NCBI RefSeq assembly: GCF_004010195.1
Contig: NC_057753.1
Coordinates: 12,465,138 to 12,511,260 of the forward strand
From: Chiloscyllium plagiosum
Taxonomy: Eukaryota
Length of the DNA stretch: 46,123 bases
Reading direction: 5' to 3'
How positions within the stretch are numbered: position 1 is the first letter of the stretch; each line of letters begins with the position of its first letter. The notes under the pieces were generated by a model, which saw only the letters and a list, made by a program, of their open reading frames with translations, did not search any database and was not told where the DNA came from. Shown in pieces: positions 12,455 through 26,511 of the stretch. The translations under genes and the position numbers were made by a program.

Positions 12455-13821
12455 GTCAGAGAGCAACTGCACATGATAGCGCGTCAAGGAAACAGTGAAA
12501 TCAGGGACGGATCTGAAGTGGTATCCGAGTTCATGGTGATAGCATATACCTCTCGTATGAGCACCAAACTTTAAAAGTTAGTAATCTAAGTAAAATGAAT
12601 TAATATTAGTTCAATGAATTACGTACAAATAACTTGTTTTGGGCGTTTTGAGATGTCCAAAGGTGTTTCAACGTTTCAATGATGATGTGGTGTAGGAAAT
12701 GTAGCAACCAGTAGTTTAAACCGAATCCTCCAACGACATGGGGAATTGCAGGGTTCTTTTGAGAGATAATAGCCTGCCACGTAATTGTAATAATCACGCA
12801 CTCGTGAAAATAGAATGACATCAAAAACACTGCGTGTTACTGAGTACTGCCGCTGTACGTCCTTTCTTCCACTTCTAGAAAGATGAAGGATTGATTCAGT
12901 GATCCAGCATCATGCAGACTTGATTAATATGTCAATAAGAAAGCGGGATCTAATTCACATCGGTAAAATATTACCCAATCAAAAATACATTGTGATGACT
13001 GAGTAATGAGTCCGAGCCGCCAGTGAAACCTTCCCTCACTCTACTGTTCGTCTGGATGCAAATTAACATTTTTCATCATTCATGTAAACGTTTCATTCTT
13101 TGCCAGCAGTTCCTACTGCAAATTTAACTTCTGTAAAGAGCAACGGGTTCCTCTTTTACAGACGACAATTCATAAAGAACAGAATCCTATTTTGAAACTG
13201 AGAACGAAAGAGACATTCTTGAATGTGGATGCTCGAATCGATTTAAATCCGCTTCTGCAGATTAAGGGTCGCACGTGGGACTTGGCACCCCTCAGGAGTT
13301 AACACATTCTGCACAGTCAGAATAACTCTTTCGTTATAGGAGTGGTGAAACCTATTGATGGAAACCACAAATAGTCACGAGAGTTTATGAGCGGCAGCTG
13401 CACGGAAAGTTTATAAGAGTGTTCAGTCTTTGTCTCAGTACGTCATTGTATAGGGTTGCAAAACAGGGTCTGACACCTCAGTACCACCAACACTAATAAT
13501 GTCTTATCTTCCTGTTGATTCAGTCAAGACGCTGAACCAACAGTTAGAGTCAGTCACAGAACAGTGCATAAACAGGCCCAATGGCCCATCATGTCCATGC
13601 TACAGGATTATGAAAATATTTTTGTAATTGCACCCTGCTGAACTCCACTACAGGCAGTCCGTTCACTTGGTGCATTAACTTTGTACGTAGAAGTCATTTG
13701 GAAAGCTGACCAGTTATGACGACCATCAAAAAATAATTAGTTCAAAAATGCATGCCATGTTGTTAATGACTACTGTATGTATGCGTGCACGCAAGCAGAA
13801 CACACTGTCAAAAGATTTACA

Positions 13822-14262
13822 AGGATGTGCTAGTGTTGGAGGGTTTGAGCTGTTGTGAGATGCCGAACAGGCTGGAGCTATTTCCCCTGGAGCGTCGGAG
13901 AATGAGGGTTGATCTTACAGAGGTATAAATAATCATCGGGGCCTTGATAGGCTGATTAGGCAATTCATTTCCCTGAGGTGAGGGACTACAAACTGTTGGA
14001 CATAAGTTTAGGGTGAGAGTGAAAAGATTTAAAAGGGACCTAGAGTGCAACATTTTTATGCATGGGCTGTATGTTAATAGATTGAGTTCTGCGATGAAGT
14101 GTTGGAGACTGGTACAATTAAAACATTTTAAAGATAATTTGAAAATGAATATGAAGCGCTAAGAATGATATAGGCAATATGCTTTCAAGTGGAACTAGAT
14201 TTCTTTCGGTTTTCTAGTCGTCCAAGCCTCTTTCCTTGCTGTATATCTCTATGACTCTCTGA
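13822..14262 (+). mobile_element. CR1 LINE 3' fragment
   Basis: Same CR1 ORF2 end and 3' UTR as 11638-12066, more diverged. Confidence 0.8.
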
Positions 14263-15619
14263 TTGTAAGTTGTCCACTTTCTCTGAACGTTGCGGAAAAA
14301 AACAATAACTGGCTGCCACCACAGGGCAGGAGGAGCATGAAATATAACCCCTTACATATAAAGCAACGGAGGAATTATTCGTTTCGCAGTTCAGCAACCC
14401 TAGGGTTTAAGAATTCATATTTATTTGAGTTAGGGAACCTATTATGAAATTTCCAAATTTCTCTTCATTCCAAGAAGGTTTGAGTAACAAACAAGGACTT
14501 ATTGCCGTTGCTCAAGACAGTGTTGAAAGCATATCAATGAGAGTTTCATGGTCATTTCCAGACACTGGACTTTAACTCTATATTATGAGAATTAGCAGTC
14601 AAACACCTCCAGATGGAATTATAGGTCCAAGACGTCTAAACTCGAATCAGAGTAATTGGATTGCGATGCCAGTGATCTTGCCAAGATGCCATTGACAGCA
14701 AATCTGATGAAGGTACATCTCAATGTGATTAGGAAGGGAGAGTCAGAATTTTGACTTGTTTGCTGTGCAAGAATCGTGCTGAGATTCAAAAATGAATAGT
14801 GTGTTTGTTTTGGCGGGAAAGTTGCAGTTTCTTGGTCTCCAGTAGTTTTGCTGTCTTTATGCTGAGTGGATAGTTTGGGGGTTTAGAAGGTAATGCAGAA
14901 GGAGACATTGAACAAATTTATCGACAGAGTATAAACGAAAGCATCAGATTAACATGGAAGCTTGCAGTTCTGATAAGTAACGAAGTACTATGTACTTGCA
15001 AAATAAGTGTGAGAAGAACATTTCTTATTTGTACTTTACCACGGAGCCCACTTTCTTCTTCTGATCGAATTTATCAAACAAAAATGTCTGTTCTCTCCTT
15101 TTTTATTAATTGAAAAGTGACACATATAGTTTGCATTATCGTGCTCAGGTCTACCAGGAGCTGTTTGCTGTGTGTATCGGCTGCATGGAGTTGTCCTAAT
15201 CAGTGAGTTGCTGTTTTAAATGGGCTTCTGCACCTGAGACGAGAACGATATCATTGGTTTGGCTTGTCTCTGTCTCCGCCTTCTATATTCAATCCATTAA
15301 ATTCATACTGAACGGTCACTAATTTATTAAACAAGTAGATGCGGTTTTGTTTGCTTCTTGCAGTAAACCTCCATCTTCAACGGTTTTTTGAGAAAAAATC
15401 TCTTTTGCATCTTAACCTCTCTACATGTACTTTTCAATTTTTTCCTTTAAATCTTTGAGTTAACAATATTTGGTTTAAACTCTTAGTAGTATCATTCTTC
15501 GTCACTGGGATAACTTTGTTGTCAGTCATGAACCGTTGTCTTCTATTGCTTTTAATCACATTATTCAATCTATTCTTATTCTTTTGCATGGACGATACTC
15601 AACTTGGAACAGCTACTAA

Positions 15620-15800
15620 TGTGTCGAAGAGAGTGGTGCTTGGAAAGCACAGTCGGTCAGGCAGTATTGTTGCAGTAGGAGAACTGACATTTCAAGCAGA
15701 AGTCCTTCAGCATTTTCATGCTACTCGGATGTTGTCTGACTGGCTGTGCTTTTCCATCAACACACTCTTTCCTTTGATCTCTAGCATCTGCAGTCCTCAC
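15620..15800. mobile_element. Palindromic Penelope-related short element (internally deleted copy)
   Basis: Arms ..ggaaagcacagtcggtcaggcag.. and ..ctgactggctgtgcttttcc..; homologous to 21780-22018. Confidence 0.6.
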
Positions 15801-15984
15801 CTTCTTACAGTTACTTATTGACCAAGTTTCTTCATTCCAAAGTAAAGGCTTATTTCAGATACATCATAGTCACCCCTCGCTTGTGTCTGAACTACATCTG
15901 CTGTCATTCGGTGATCCCTCTCTTGCCTCACAAGGTTGACCCTCATCAGAGAATGTAGGTGGGGTCGAGGAGCAGATGACCTCC

Positions 15985-16300
15985 TGGTATTACTGCTGGC
16001 CTGTTAATGCAGAGAGCCAGGTAAATTTCTGGGCGCACAGTTACGAATCCTGCTATGGTAGAATTTGAATTTAATCAAAAAAAATCTACCTCATAATGAT
16101 TATGAATCTATTGTCGATTGTCTGAAAAGCCCATCAGGTTCACTGATGTCTTTTAGGGAAGGAAACTGCCATCCTTTCCTTGTCTGTCCTATTTTTGCTT
16201 CCAGACTCACAGCAATGTGGTTGACCCTTAGCTGCCTCTGTTAGGGGTGGACAGTAAACGCTGCCTTACCAGCGACGTCCTCATGCAGTGAATAAGAAAA
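15985..16300 (+). mobile_element. Old tRNA-derived SINE
   Basis: Homologous to the minus-strand copy at ~44583-44825; shark SINE-like body and tail. Confidence 0.55.
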
Positions 16301-16659
16301 TACGACAAAATGTTGTTTCTTGTTCATACATTAACGGTAAAAAACGTGTTGATCCAGAAGCTGGTTTTCAACAGGGTCCACAAAACCCGATACTTCTCTT
16401 CATCTATCATTCTCAGTGTATTATTTCCTCGAAGGTCGGATTAACGAAAAGGAGCAGAATTACAGGGAAACTCTGGGCTCATAGCGGCGCCAGTCCTGTT
16501 CAATTCGCCTTTTTCGATGGTGGGATCATATTGCGATCTTTGGACCAACACTATCAGCGTTCATCTGGCGACTGTGGCCACAATATGACTGCAACAACAA
16601 TGCTATCGTTGCACATGTTCGAATCCTACCAGCCACTTTTCACATTAGCTATTTTCCAG

Positions 16660-16968
16660 TGAAGTGTTTAAGTAGTGCAACAAAAACCGTCTACTTTGAC
16701 AAGTGATGAACTCTGCATCTAATAAATGGACTGGAGGCATGTTAGGATCAAGCATGCAATCGCCTGATGCAGCAGGAAGCGCATTATCTATTGCACTGGC
16801 GATCACGCCTCATATTAGTTCTTATTCTGCAGGTTGTGCCCGTTTTTAACAGGGACATGAGCTGGCATGATATAATTCACAAGCTGAATAATCAGCGAAG
16901 TTAGTTATTACTATTGTTCAATTTCTATGGCTCAGATTGAAATGTGTTGAGATTTTAAGACAAAAACT
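16660..16968 (+). pseudogene. Possible highly degenerate antigen-receptor V relic with RSS remnant
   Basis: Acceptor ttttccag; VVQQKPSTL; KWTGG; AIA*C (from WY); SYSAG; LIISEV; YYYC; then ctcagat + 22 nt + ACAAAAACT (16960-16968); several frameshifts needed. Confidence 0.3.
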
Positions 16969-18362
16969 GACCAGAGAAATTGGAACATTTCCCACTATTG
17001 ACAGCTGCATAAGCAAGAAGATATTGGGAAAGAAGAGTTCGGGGACAATTCGCTTCTTCATATCTTGCCTTCTCTCTCTTGCATGCGCAATCTTATTATC
17101 TACCTCTCTTATACACAAGCTCGCTATCTTTCTCTCACATAGACATTTTCATTATCTCTCTCCCTCTCGAATGCTCGATCGAATTTCGCTTTTATTTCCA
17201 AAGGGATCAAGGGGTATGGGAGGAGGGTGGGATTAGCGTATTGACCTCCCTGAGCAGCCAGAATTACATTGAAAAGAGGAACTGGCTCGAGGTGCTGAAT
17301 GACGTATTCGTGTTGCTATTTTTTATTACTCTATGTTTCTACTGGCTCAAATTACTACGAAATGATTAATTTTCCATCACATGTTCTGCAGAGCTGGCAT
17401 CTTTATCTTTTTTATCTGTAAAGACTTATACGATTACATTCGAGATTTAAAACAAATCCTAACTACCAGTCACTTGATTGTGCAATACTGATCTTAACAG
17501 CTCGCTGCATACAAGCTCACATTCTTATGCCAGTCTACTGGTTGGATGCAATCAATGTTCCCAATCAAAATAGAGACAAATAATATCCAGCTAAGTTTCT
17601 GATAATGTAGGAATCTCAGACTAACATGATCTGTACAAGCATACACTTTGCTCTCTGGCGGTGCGCCGGCTAGGTGGATGCAATTAGCCATTGGAAGTAC
17701 AGGATTCCATGGGAAGGCAGTGGGTATGGTTGGGATGTCCTTTGGAGATTTGGTGTAGCCTCAATAGGCCAAATGGCATCCTTCACACTGGAGTGATCCT
17801 ATGATTGTTCAAGTTTATTTTCCCAATGTTCTTCATATTATTGCAACTGACTCCAGCGGGAAAAGACTTGATCAACAAAATGCCTAGGATGCCTCCTGTA
17901 TAGCTGAACCATTTTCACCTGTGTGTCTCAGGTATCGGAATAAAGTGTCCTGTGGCTTCAGATGCAACGCATAAATGGTTTAAGTTGTGCAGTGTTTCGA
18001 TTCTTTGAAATGTGCAAACAAAAGTAAACATAGATTTTCCCAAAGTTTTATTTTCAGAATCTTTCGATGATATCATCAGAAGAATTATTTGCTGTGTTTT
18101 CTATTATAACTTGCACCAAAACAATAAAGCAAGGAATTGTGGATGCTCAGAATCTGAAACAAACCAAACGTGCTGGCGAAACTCAGCAGATCTGGTAGCA
18201 GTTGTTGTCATTTCAACACCGGTGACTGTCTATGAGAAATCAAAGTCAACCTTTCAGTTCCATTTCCATACACGACGAATGCTGGAACTTCCATAATTCA
18301 ACTTGAGCACGAAGACAATGCAACAGACTTACTGGAGAAGTTCAGCTCTCAACAATATATGA

Positions 18363-19534
18363 CTGGATGTAAGTTTTCTCGATGAGCAGTAAGGCCTGAT
18401 TTCAAACGTTTCATCGTCATACTAGCTAACGTCATCAGCGACCCTCCGTTGAAGCACTGATGGTATGGCCCTCTCTTTATTTAAATGTTTAGGTTTCCTT
18501 TATTTGGTGACGCCATTTACTGTGGAGATGTCTTTTTCTGGGGTGAGGAAAGAGGAGGAAAACAACAACAAACTGTCATTCCGAGATGTCGCAATAGAGC
18601 AAACAGTAAATGGGGTATTTCAAACCAGTGTCGACAGCAAAACAACACATCTGGACCAAATACTGAACTACAGAAGCAAATATCCCAACATCCACAAAAG
18701 AAGATGCATTAGAACATTATTTCAATGAGCCACCACACACTGCAGCACAGGAGAACAACGAAGAGCAGAGGAAAATCAACAAATCAGTGTACTAAAGAAG
18801 AATGGGTACCTAATGCCCGTAATGCACCGATTTTTCAACAATAAGCTCAAGCAAGCAGACAAAACACGTCCAGAAACCATGCCCTACATTAAAAACATCT
18901 CGGAAATGTCTGCTAGACTACTCAGACCTCTTAGCTTCATGGTTGCCCACAAACGCACCAACACACTCAAACAGCAGCTAATAGACTTGAAAGACCCGAA
19001 GCAGACTATAAGCAAAACTAATTTCATTTACAAAATATCTTACAAGAACTGTAACAAACACTACCTTGGACAAACAGGCAGAAAACTAGCCAACAGTATA
19101 CATGAACATCAACTAGCCACAAAAAGACATGACGCACTCTCACTTGTATCTTCGCTTACAGATGAGGAAGGACACCACTCCCACTTGGAAAACACATCCA
19201 TCCCATGACAATCCAAATAGAGACGTGGAAGAGAATTCCTAGAAGCATGGCATTCTAACCGGATCTCTATCAAAACAAGTGCATTGACTTGACCCATTTA
19301 CTCACCATGAAAGAAATGGACGCAAAAACAGGAAGTGACGTAACTATCTGAAATGACGCCACAAATCCAAGGTATCCAAAACACATAAATAAAAAGCGTA
19401 CCATACCACCAGTACTTCACCCGAGTCTCATTGATGATGTTACCTGATGTGGTACCAAAACAATCCTTCCAGCTCAGCGAGTAACTTAAATCCAGAACTT
19501 CAACCCTAGCTACAAATCTTTTCAAACCTCGCTA
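18363..19534 (+). mobile_element. 5'-truncated Penelope-like retroelement (RT C-terminus + GIY-YIG endonuclease) with inverted pseudo-LTR
   Basis: KLSFRDV..TTHLDQILNYRSKYP..KRRCIRTL; FIYKISYKNCNKHYLGQTGRKL..EH; 18363-18518 is the reverse complement of ~19351-19495. Confidence 0.9.
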
Positions 19535-20096
19535 ATATATGACGCACTTTAACAAAAACTTTAAAAGGTACTTGCAAAGGAGGAGATTCACTTTCTCCCC
19601 ATGATAACATAACTTTCATTGAAGAATTAATCACCGACATGTAAATTTTCAGTGATTGAAAGTCGACAGATCCAATATCTCTAATTCCATCACTAGGTGT
19701 ACTAACTTCGTTAAGAATATTCACAGCAGGAGAGGAGAGAAATGTCAGTCAGTAACTGGTAAATGTATAAAGTAGTTAATGGTCTAAAGTAGTGCAAATC
19801 CTCGTTTCTGAGTTAACATTAGATGAAACATAATGACAAGGAATCACGAAAATAATCTTGATTACTTTTGTAGGACTGAAAAGGTGGAGGACGACTTCAG
19901 TTGCGTTTAGAAGTTGGTGGTGGGACGATACTGTGAAACACTTGAGCTAAATCTGAACTTTATTGAGAGTGGCACGGATTATATGATTCGAAGATAGCGC
20001 GAATACTATTGAGATCTTTGTTGTGGACATAACGTCTTGTTCAGCAGGACCATATGAAATTTAATAACAATGTGAGAGATTGAAAAAGATACATAC

Positions 20097-20740
20097 TGAC
20101 TCACTGTCTCTTTCACTTTTGATTGATTTGTCACCATTTGTTGCCAGAAGCAAAAATGCAAATACTGCAACGAGAAGACAGTGCTTATGGTTCAAGTAAC
20201 AGTGACTGAATTAAGCCGTATGAAAAACATTTGTGTTAATGTATGAGTACTGGCTGGAGAACATCACCTGGTTTTCTGGTGGAACAGTTGGAATTCTTGA
20301 ATCTCCTACTTGGGCTTTAATAGAGTTTCTTCAACGCATTCTAACCCCAGCAGTTTAATTTGCCCTTATTCTCCTGTTCAATTCTTTAACCATTTGACTT
20401 ATCTTGGTGACCAGCAAAGCCTGGAGAATACCACTTAATCAGAGTGACGAGGAAAACTGTAAGAGACCCAGAGTTGGAGATCCGAAGGAAATCCACAATT
20501 CTTCTAGTTGTTATCTCGGTTATTTCATCATGTTATGGATATCTTTTCTGCTGAATTTTATTTGGTACCAACTGTATTTGTAGGGTTATGCGGCTGTATG
20601 GCTCTGCGGGAAATTGGATTTATGCTTCAGATCCTGAGATGCTATTATTTGTAATTCAGGCTATGTTCAGAGAACAGTTCAAGAATATGTTGATGACTCC
20701 ACTTGGACAAATTGCGTTATTCATTCCAGTATTTCAATTA
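20097..20740 (+). pseudogene. GPR139-like class A GPCR pseudogene (TM3 to C-terminus)
   Basis: LTVSFTFD*FVTICCQKQKCKYCNEKT, LTPAV*FALILLFNSLTI, REIGFMLQIL and FREQFKNML align by eye with the intact receptor at 43320-44230; stops and frameshifts; missed by the ORF track. Confidence 0.85.
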
Positions 20741-21779
20741 CTGATACACTTCAGCAGCAGGATTCAAACTTATTCCCAATTATGTTTGGTCTACATGTCC
20801 CTTCGGTTGGTGTTAAACATTAATGGGAACATTGACTGCCACATTATATCAATATAAATGTTTATTGTCAGCGGGTGACAGATATCACTGAAACGCCCAC
20901 ACACACTATTTAGTAAAATTATGATGATGATAATGTTGATTATGATGATGATAATAATAATGCCCTGCGAATTCTGAGATGTGGATTCCTGTACACACTC
21001 TCGTGAGCCACTGGATTAGCAATGTTGGAAATCGCTGGCCTCATAGCAGTTTGAGCATCCCTGAAAACCGTTGATTCGTGGTTCCAGTTATGAGACACAA
21101 ATTGTGGAAAAAAACAATCTCAGAACGAGTTCCGAGTGGTTAGCAATTTAATAATGACTTGATCAATCTGTTTGAGATTTTCAATGGAAAGTGGGGTAAA
21201 TTTTTTAATGAATGTTGGCGATCGCAACGAGTCAGACAGTATTCACGGGGAACAAGCTGATAATTCGATTCTAGATGACTCTTCAAATGCGCTGAAGTGA
21301 AGTGTGGAGTGGGCAACATCTGTGGTATAGTTGGGGGAGTGGTGAGGAATGGGATGTAGAGTGCTGTGGAAAAAAGACGTTCGTAGTTCAGATTAAATTA
21401 TGGTAATGTGAGAATGGCAGAGTAATGGTGTATCTAACTACCAGACTTGAAAGGGAAGACAGTACCACTGGAGTTTGGGTATGGGAAAGCGAACATAGTG
21501 TCATTCAATTTATCAAGTAAGGTTAAATTAAAGGAAAGAAATGGGAGAATGTAGCACGTAAAACTGAAAGAAGCGCTTGATGATTCACAATTTGAAGGTG
21601 CTGAATTCAATATTAAGTCCAGAAGCCTATCTGTCTAAAGTAAGAATTCTACCATTTTATGGTCACTCTTTCCCAAAGTGTCTTGCACCACAATGTTGTC
21701 AATTAATCTTTTCTCGCTACACAATACCCAGTATAAGATGGCTTGCTCTCTCGATCGTTCCTTGACATATGGTCACGGA

Positions 21780-22018
21780 GGAGAAAATGAGGACGGCAGA
21801 TAGTGGAGACCAGAGTCGACAGTCGAGAGTGTGCTACCAGAAAAGAAGAAGCACAGCCGGTTATGCAGCATTCGAAAAGTGGGAGAATCGAAGTTTGGGG
21901 CAAAAGCCCTTCATTATGAATGAGGCTTCATTCCTCATGAAGGTACTAAGTCTGAAATGTCGATTCTCCTGCTCCTTGGATCCTGCCTAACCGGCTGAGA
22001 TTTTCCAGCATCACACTC
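21780..22018. mobile_element. Palindromic short element with a degenerate hammerhead-ribozyme core in each arm
   Basis: ~90-bp inverted arms centred near 21925; + arm ctcatga-aggtactaagtct-gaaat-gtc, - arm ataatga-agggcttttgccc-caaac-ttc. Confidence 0.6.
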
Positions 22019-22129
22019 CCCTTATTGGTCAAGGAAACTAATCCGCATGCATTAAGGAAATACTCGGCCAAAGCATTGCTACTAGTTTGCTTCGTCTAAG
22101 TAGATTGAAGTGAGTGCTGCAGACTTACT

Positions 22130-24220
22130 GCATTCATCTTCAGTTTCCTGTTTGATACAGTCCCCAACATTACAACTACTGTTTGGTTGCCTGCACACAA
22201 CGCCGTTTCCCTTTGGTGTCCCACGTTTCCACATCGTCCACGTTCATGTCCTCCCTTACTATTGTATTAATCGACTCCTTAAACAGCAGCTCCACCTCAC
22301 CTCCCTTTCAATTCTGTCTGCTTTTCCTGAAAATTGAATAATCCTGGATATTGAGTTCCCCTCCTTATTCAACCTGGAGCCAGGCGCTGTGATCCAAAAT
22401 GACAGAATAATCATTAATACGTGTTTGCGTGCTAATTCATCCACAGTTTGCTAATTTTGCTCGCATTGAGATACAGAGCTTTCAGGCCATTTCATTTTGA
22501 TATGTATTGCCACTTTCGTAACATTTTGAAATGTTGCTCAGGTTTTTTTTGTCTTTGCTTTCTTTGCCTTCCAATTTCCCCTTACTGTCGTTAGCTTCTG
22601 TGCCAATTTCGCTTCCTTCTAAATTGGGCAATGGTTTCCATTCGCCTGCCGTATTATTTTAAATCTTTCCCAACAATAATTGCAAACACCCCCTCAGGAT
22701 ATTTGTTCTGTTCCAACCCAGGCGCCGACAGTCAGGTTTGTACTGACCCCACCTCCCCCAGAAACGGATCCAATGTCTCACGAATTTGTATCCACCTCTA
22801 TTACTTCACCCTTCAAGCCACCTATTCATTTTCCCTATCGTGCTGTTCGTATTCTGGCGACAGCGTGACACTGTTAACATTCCCGAGATTACGACATTTA
22901 ATGTCGTACTTTTTGTCTAACGCCTAACTCGCTAGATTTAGTTTATCAGACCACATCCAGATTTTTATCTGTGTCGTTGGTGTCTAGTTGTACCATGACA
23001 GCTGTCTGTTTACCCTCCCCCACTCCTCTGCCACAAGCCCACACGCCCTCAGAATCTCCTGCATCCGCTCGGAGACATCCTTGACCCCTGCAGCCGGGAG
23101 GCAACATATCATCCTAAACTCTCTTTTGCGGAGCCAGAAACATCGATATATTCCTCTGAGAATTGTATCCCCTATCGCTCTATTTATGGCACCTTTTATT
23201 CTCCCTCCTGTGCAGCAGAGCCAGCCATTGAGCCATGATCCTGGTTGTTTCCACTTTTCCTTGGTGAGCCACCTCTCCCGACATTATCCAAAGCGGTATA
23301 CCTGTTTTGGAGAGGGATAAATGCAAGGAACCCATGCACTACCTCCGTGCTCTTCCTTTGTCTGTTGTTATGGACAAGGCCAGACACCTTCAAAATATTT
23401 TAAGAAGATGACCTCGAAGTTATCTTTGTCTTATTTTAAAAACAGATATGAAGTGGATATTCCAGGTGTGATGCAGCTGATCGTGCCTCTCAAATTGAAC
23501 CAAAATCTAATTTATTTAACCTCTACAGCTGAAACACGACCAAAAGAAAATATAATTTAGAAGAACTTGACAATTGGAAACGTAACTCACCCGACACAGC
23601 AAATGAACTAAGGAACTGTTCCAATTCCCGTAATATCCCCAAAACTCACCCCTTGACTAAAGTTTACGTCAAACATATGTTCTTACAGGCAAGAGAGATT
23701 GAAGAGAGAAAAAGTCAGTCAGCGATCATCTGCTGAAACATTGAAGCTTTATCCACTGCCGCAACTTCTGCTGCTACAGGTAAAACCAGCAGCTTCTCAC
23801 TGTTACAACTAAACAAACTTTGCATAAACTTGAACTGGGAGAACTGGCCACTATCCTGCTATTGTGAAACGAGGGCCTTTCCCGACATTTCAGTACCTCT
23901 GACCTCTCTTAAAAAATACATATGTAGAGAAAATAACCTTGTTAAAGAGACAGCATCATCATACTGTCGGTCATTCTTCCTCAGTAATTTTTATCTGTGG
24001 TGCAATGAACTTGGTGAATGTGCTGTCCATGTTTCCCTCCGCATCGCTGATGCCCGGAAGTGAATCCATCCACATCGCCAGACCTGTCAAGCAGTTAGAC
24101 TGAAGCTACAGCCGGACATATTTCCTGGACGTGAAGGAATCAGGGACAATCGAAACGGTCCTTGAAATCCAACATTGCACAGGAGGTGCATAACACGAAC
24201 CTGGGATCTTCTGCAATGAC
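22130..24220 (-). mobile_element. CR1 LINE 5' region (ORF1 zinc-finger and SGNH esterase-like parts, start of ORF2), interrupted by a solo LTR-like insert
   Basis: Minus-strand LCTSCAM near 24190, IPLQNRYTAL (ORF 23196..23393), AIGDTILRG and ICCLPAAGVKDVSER around 23060-23180. Confidence 0.7.
23365..23962. mobile_element. Solo LTR-like repeat nested in the CR1
   Basis: Starts TGTTATGGAC; its first ~150 bp match the reverse complement of ~27765-27915. Confidence 0.5.
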
Positions 24221-26511
24221 TTAGCTCTTAAGTTAACAACAGTTGGAAATGACATCATTTCGTGCACAACAAAAAACTCAGTGTCTTGTGTACTGGGAAC
24301 AAAACGTAATCACGCAGTAAGAAATACGAATGACTCTCGAGTAATATAAACAGGTATTTCAACGAGTGAGGTAGCAATTGTGATAGTCATTTGTTGCAGG
24401 GAGCACCAAGTGTAATAATTTCTTGTAGCGGTGCCTGAGAGCCTGGTTCAAGACGTATCTGTTCCTGACGTATGCAGTAATCTCTAGACAAGTTGTAGTG
24501 CTTAATGAGGAACCAATTACTCGTGCAATGTTGGTTGGGGGCAATTGAAACATTAAGGTCGACAAGGTGTAACAGAGTATTATGAAAATCATTACATCTT
24601 GAGAAGCACTTATCCAAGCAGAAACTAGTGCCACAACCAACAAATCAAGAATGATAAATGCAGCACAAAAGGCGGCAATTTTGCCATTTTGATCCCTGCC
24701 AGCTCCGCAAACCACGTAATGGCAAACCCCTGCATCAGTCAGCATTCGACGTTTTCGATATTTGCAACAGTTATAAAATATATACAATTTCACAACATAG
24801 TAACAAAGCACTCTGTTCATCCCTGGCTGGGGAAATGCCATCAAACCAATTCAATTTCACATCATTTCCATAATTCTCTTTCCTTTTTCAATCAACTTGG
24901 AGGATCAGGATGACCGTTTACATCCTTTTGCTAAGCGGGTTCAACCCTTGTGTCTTTATTTTCATTTCAGCCACCGAATTCCAGAACATATGTAGGGTTC
25001 AGGTTAAAAAGAAAAACACATTCTCACCATACTGATCAACAGTTATCGACAACTGCTCATCTATGAACCGGAGTCACTTACTTCTCAAGCATGGGAAATA
25101 CGTTGATTCACTCAATTGTATTTCCGCCCCTTACAACCTTGAACACCACGAACAAATCTCCTGTTGAGTCCTGAGCTCCAAGGAAAACTACAGCAGCCTG
25201 TCCAAATTTCCTTCATAGTCCATTTTCCTGTCATGACCAGTCCTCATAAATCACATCAGTTTCTCTCAAGTGCCCAAACTTCATTCGACAATGACGTGAC
25301 ATGTATAATAGTGATCACTGCTTGGTGAAACATTAACCAAGACCCAAATGTAATTGCTGTTTTCTACGTAATCAACAATAATACACAATAAAGACATACA
25401 AAGGTACAGGCAACTAAGCATTTTATTCGTCTTCGTTTGAGTTAACAGAGAATCTGTCTGAGAAATATAGAGATGAGCCGCCCGGGTCACTGGTGAATGC
25501 ATTCAGGTCTACGTCGGAAACTTTGATATATCTTAGAGACAGATTATGGTGCTGCGTTTGGAGTCACATTTCAAGGATGGTGGGAGAGTCCACGTGTTGT
25601 CACTACACCGGCCATCAGGAAGCTAAGACACGAATGCATTGGAGATGTGGTATGAACCCCATCATGTTGACATTTGAACTATATTGAAAAGTCTGAATTA
25701 AAGAAAAACAGTCTAATGGTAACCATGTTACCAAGATCGAAAGACACTTCATAACACATTGCTCAGTAACAACGATAATCAAGCAAGTTATGCAGTCTTC
25801 ACGCAGTGTGACCGACATGTGGCGCCAGATATTTTACAAACTAACCTCTGGAATGGATGGACAACAAAGACTGACATTGCCAGTGGCTTTAGAATGAAAG
25901 ACGTATAATAAGATGACTGTCAGAGTCTTTACTTCTTGAAACTTAATTTCTTGAACAATTAATCCAGAGAAGCTCCTGATGAATTTTCTCTTGGCAACTG
26001 GTTCCTGTAACAACCATATGAAATTTGGAACATCTCCTGGGTATACAATATACAACAAACAGTCATTACAAATTAATCATGAAACTTAGACTCGCTGGGA
26101 ACCACGAAACAATTTCGTCACTGACAGTTGATAAAACTTCTGGAACTTCCTTTGCAGCAGGTTTGTGGGTGTTTTAAATCCTGAGGCCTGCAGTAGCTGC
26201 AGTAGGCTGCACAATAGAACCTTTCCCATGGCAATTAGTGGTAGGGAATAAAGGCTGGCCTCGCCAATGACAAGAATGAACAGTGACACAGTATGTTTGT
26301 TCGTCGAATTAATTGCAATAGCGGAATATGAGGAAATGATCAGCCGTGATAAAATAAAATCACAGCTGGCATTAAGATGGAACGTCCTGCATGGTTCTGT
26401 TTCTGATCTTCACACCTTACAACGATGACTTCTCTCTCTGGCGGAAAGAAGAGATCAACAACAATACAGACTTATCTAGGAAGTGAAAACAGACTGATCT
26501 ACTGTCAACCA

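Noticed and set aside
24359-24844. 161-aa hydrophobic minus-strand ORF
   Set aside because: No recognisable motifs; overlaps what looks like a decayed CR1 ORF1 fragment on the + strand.
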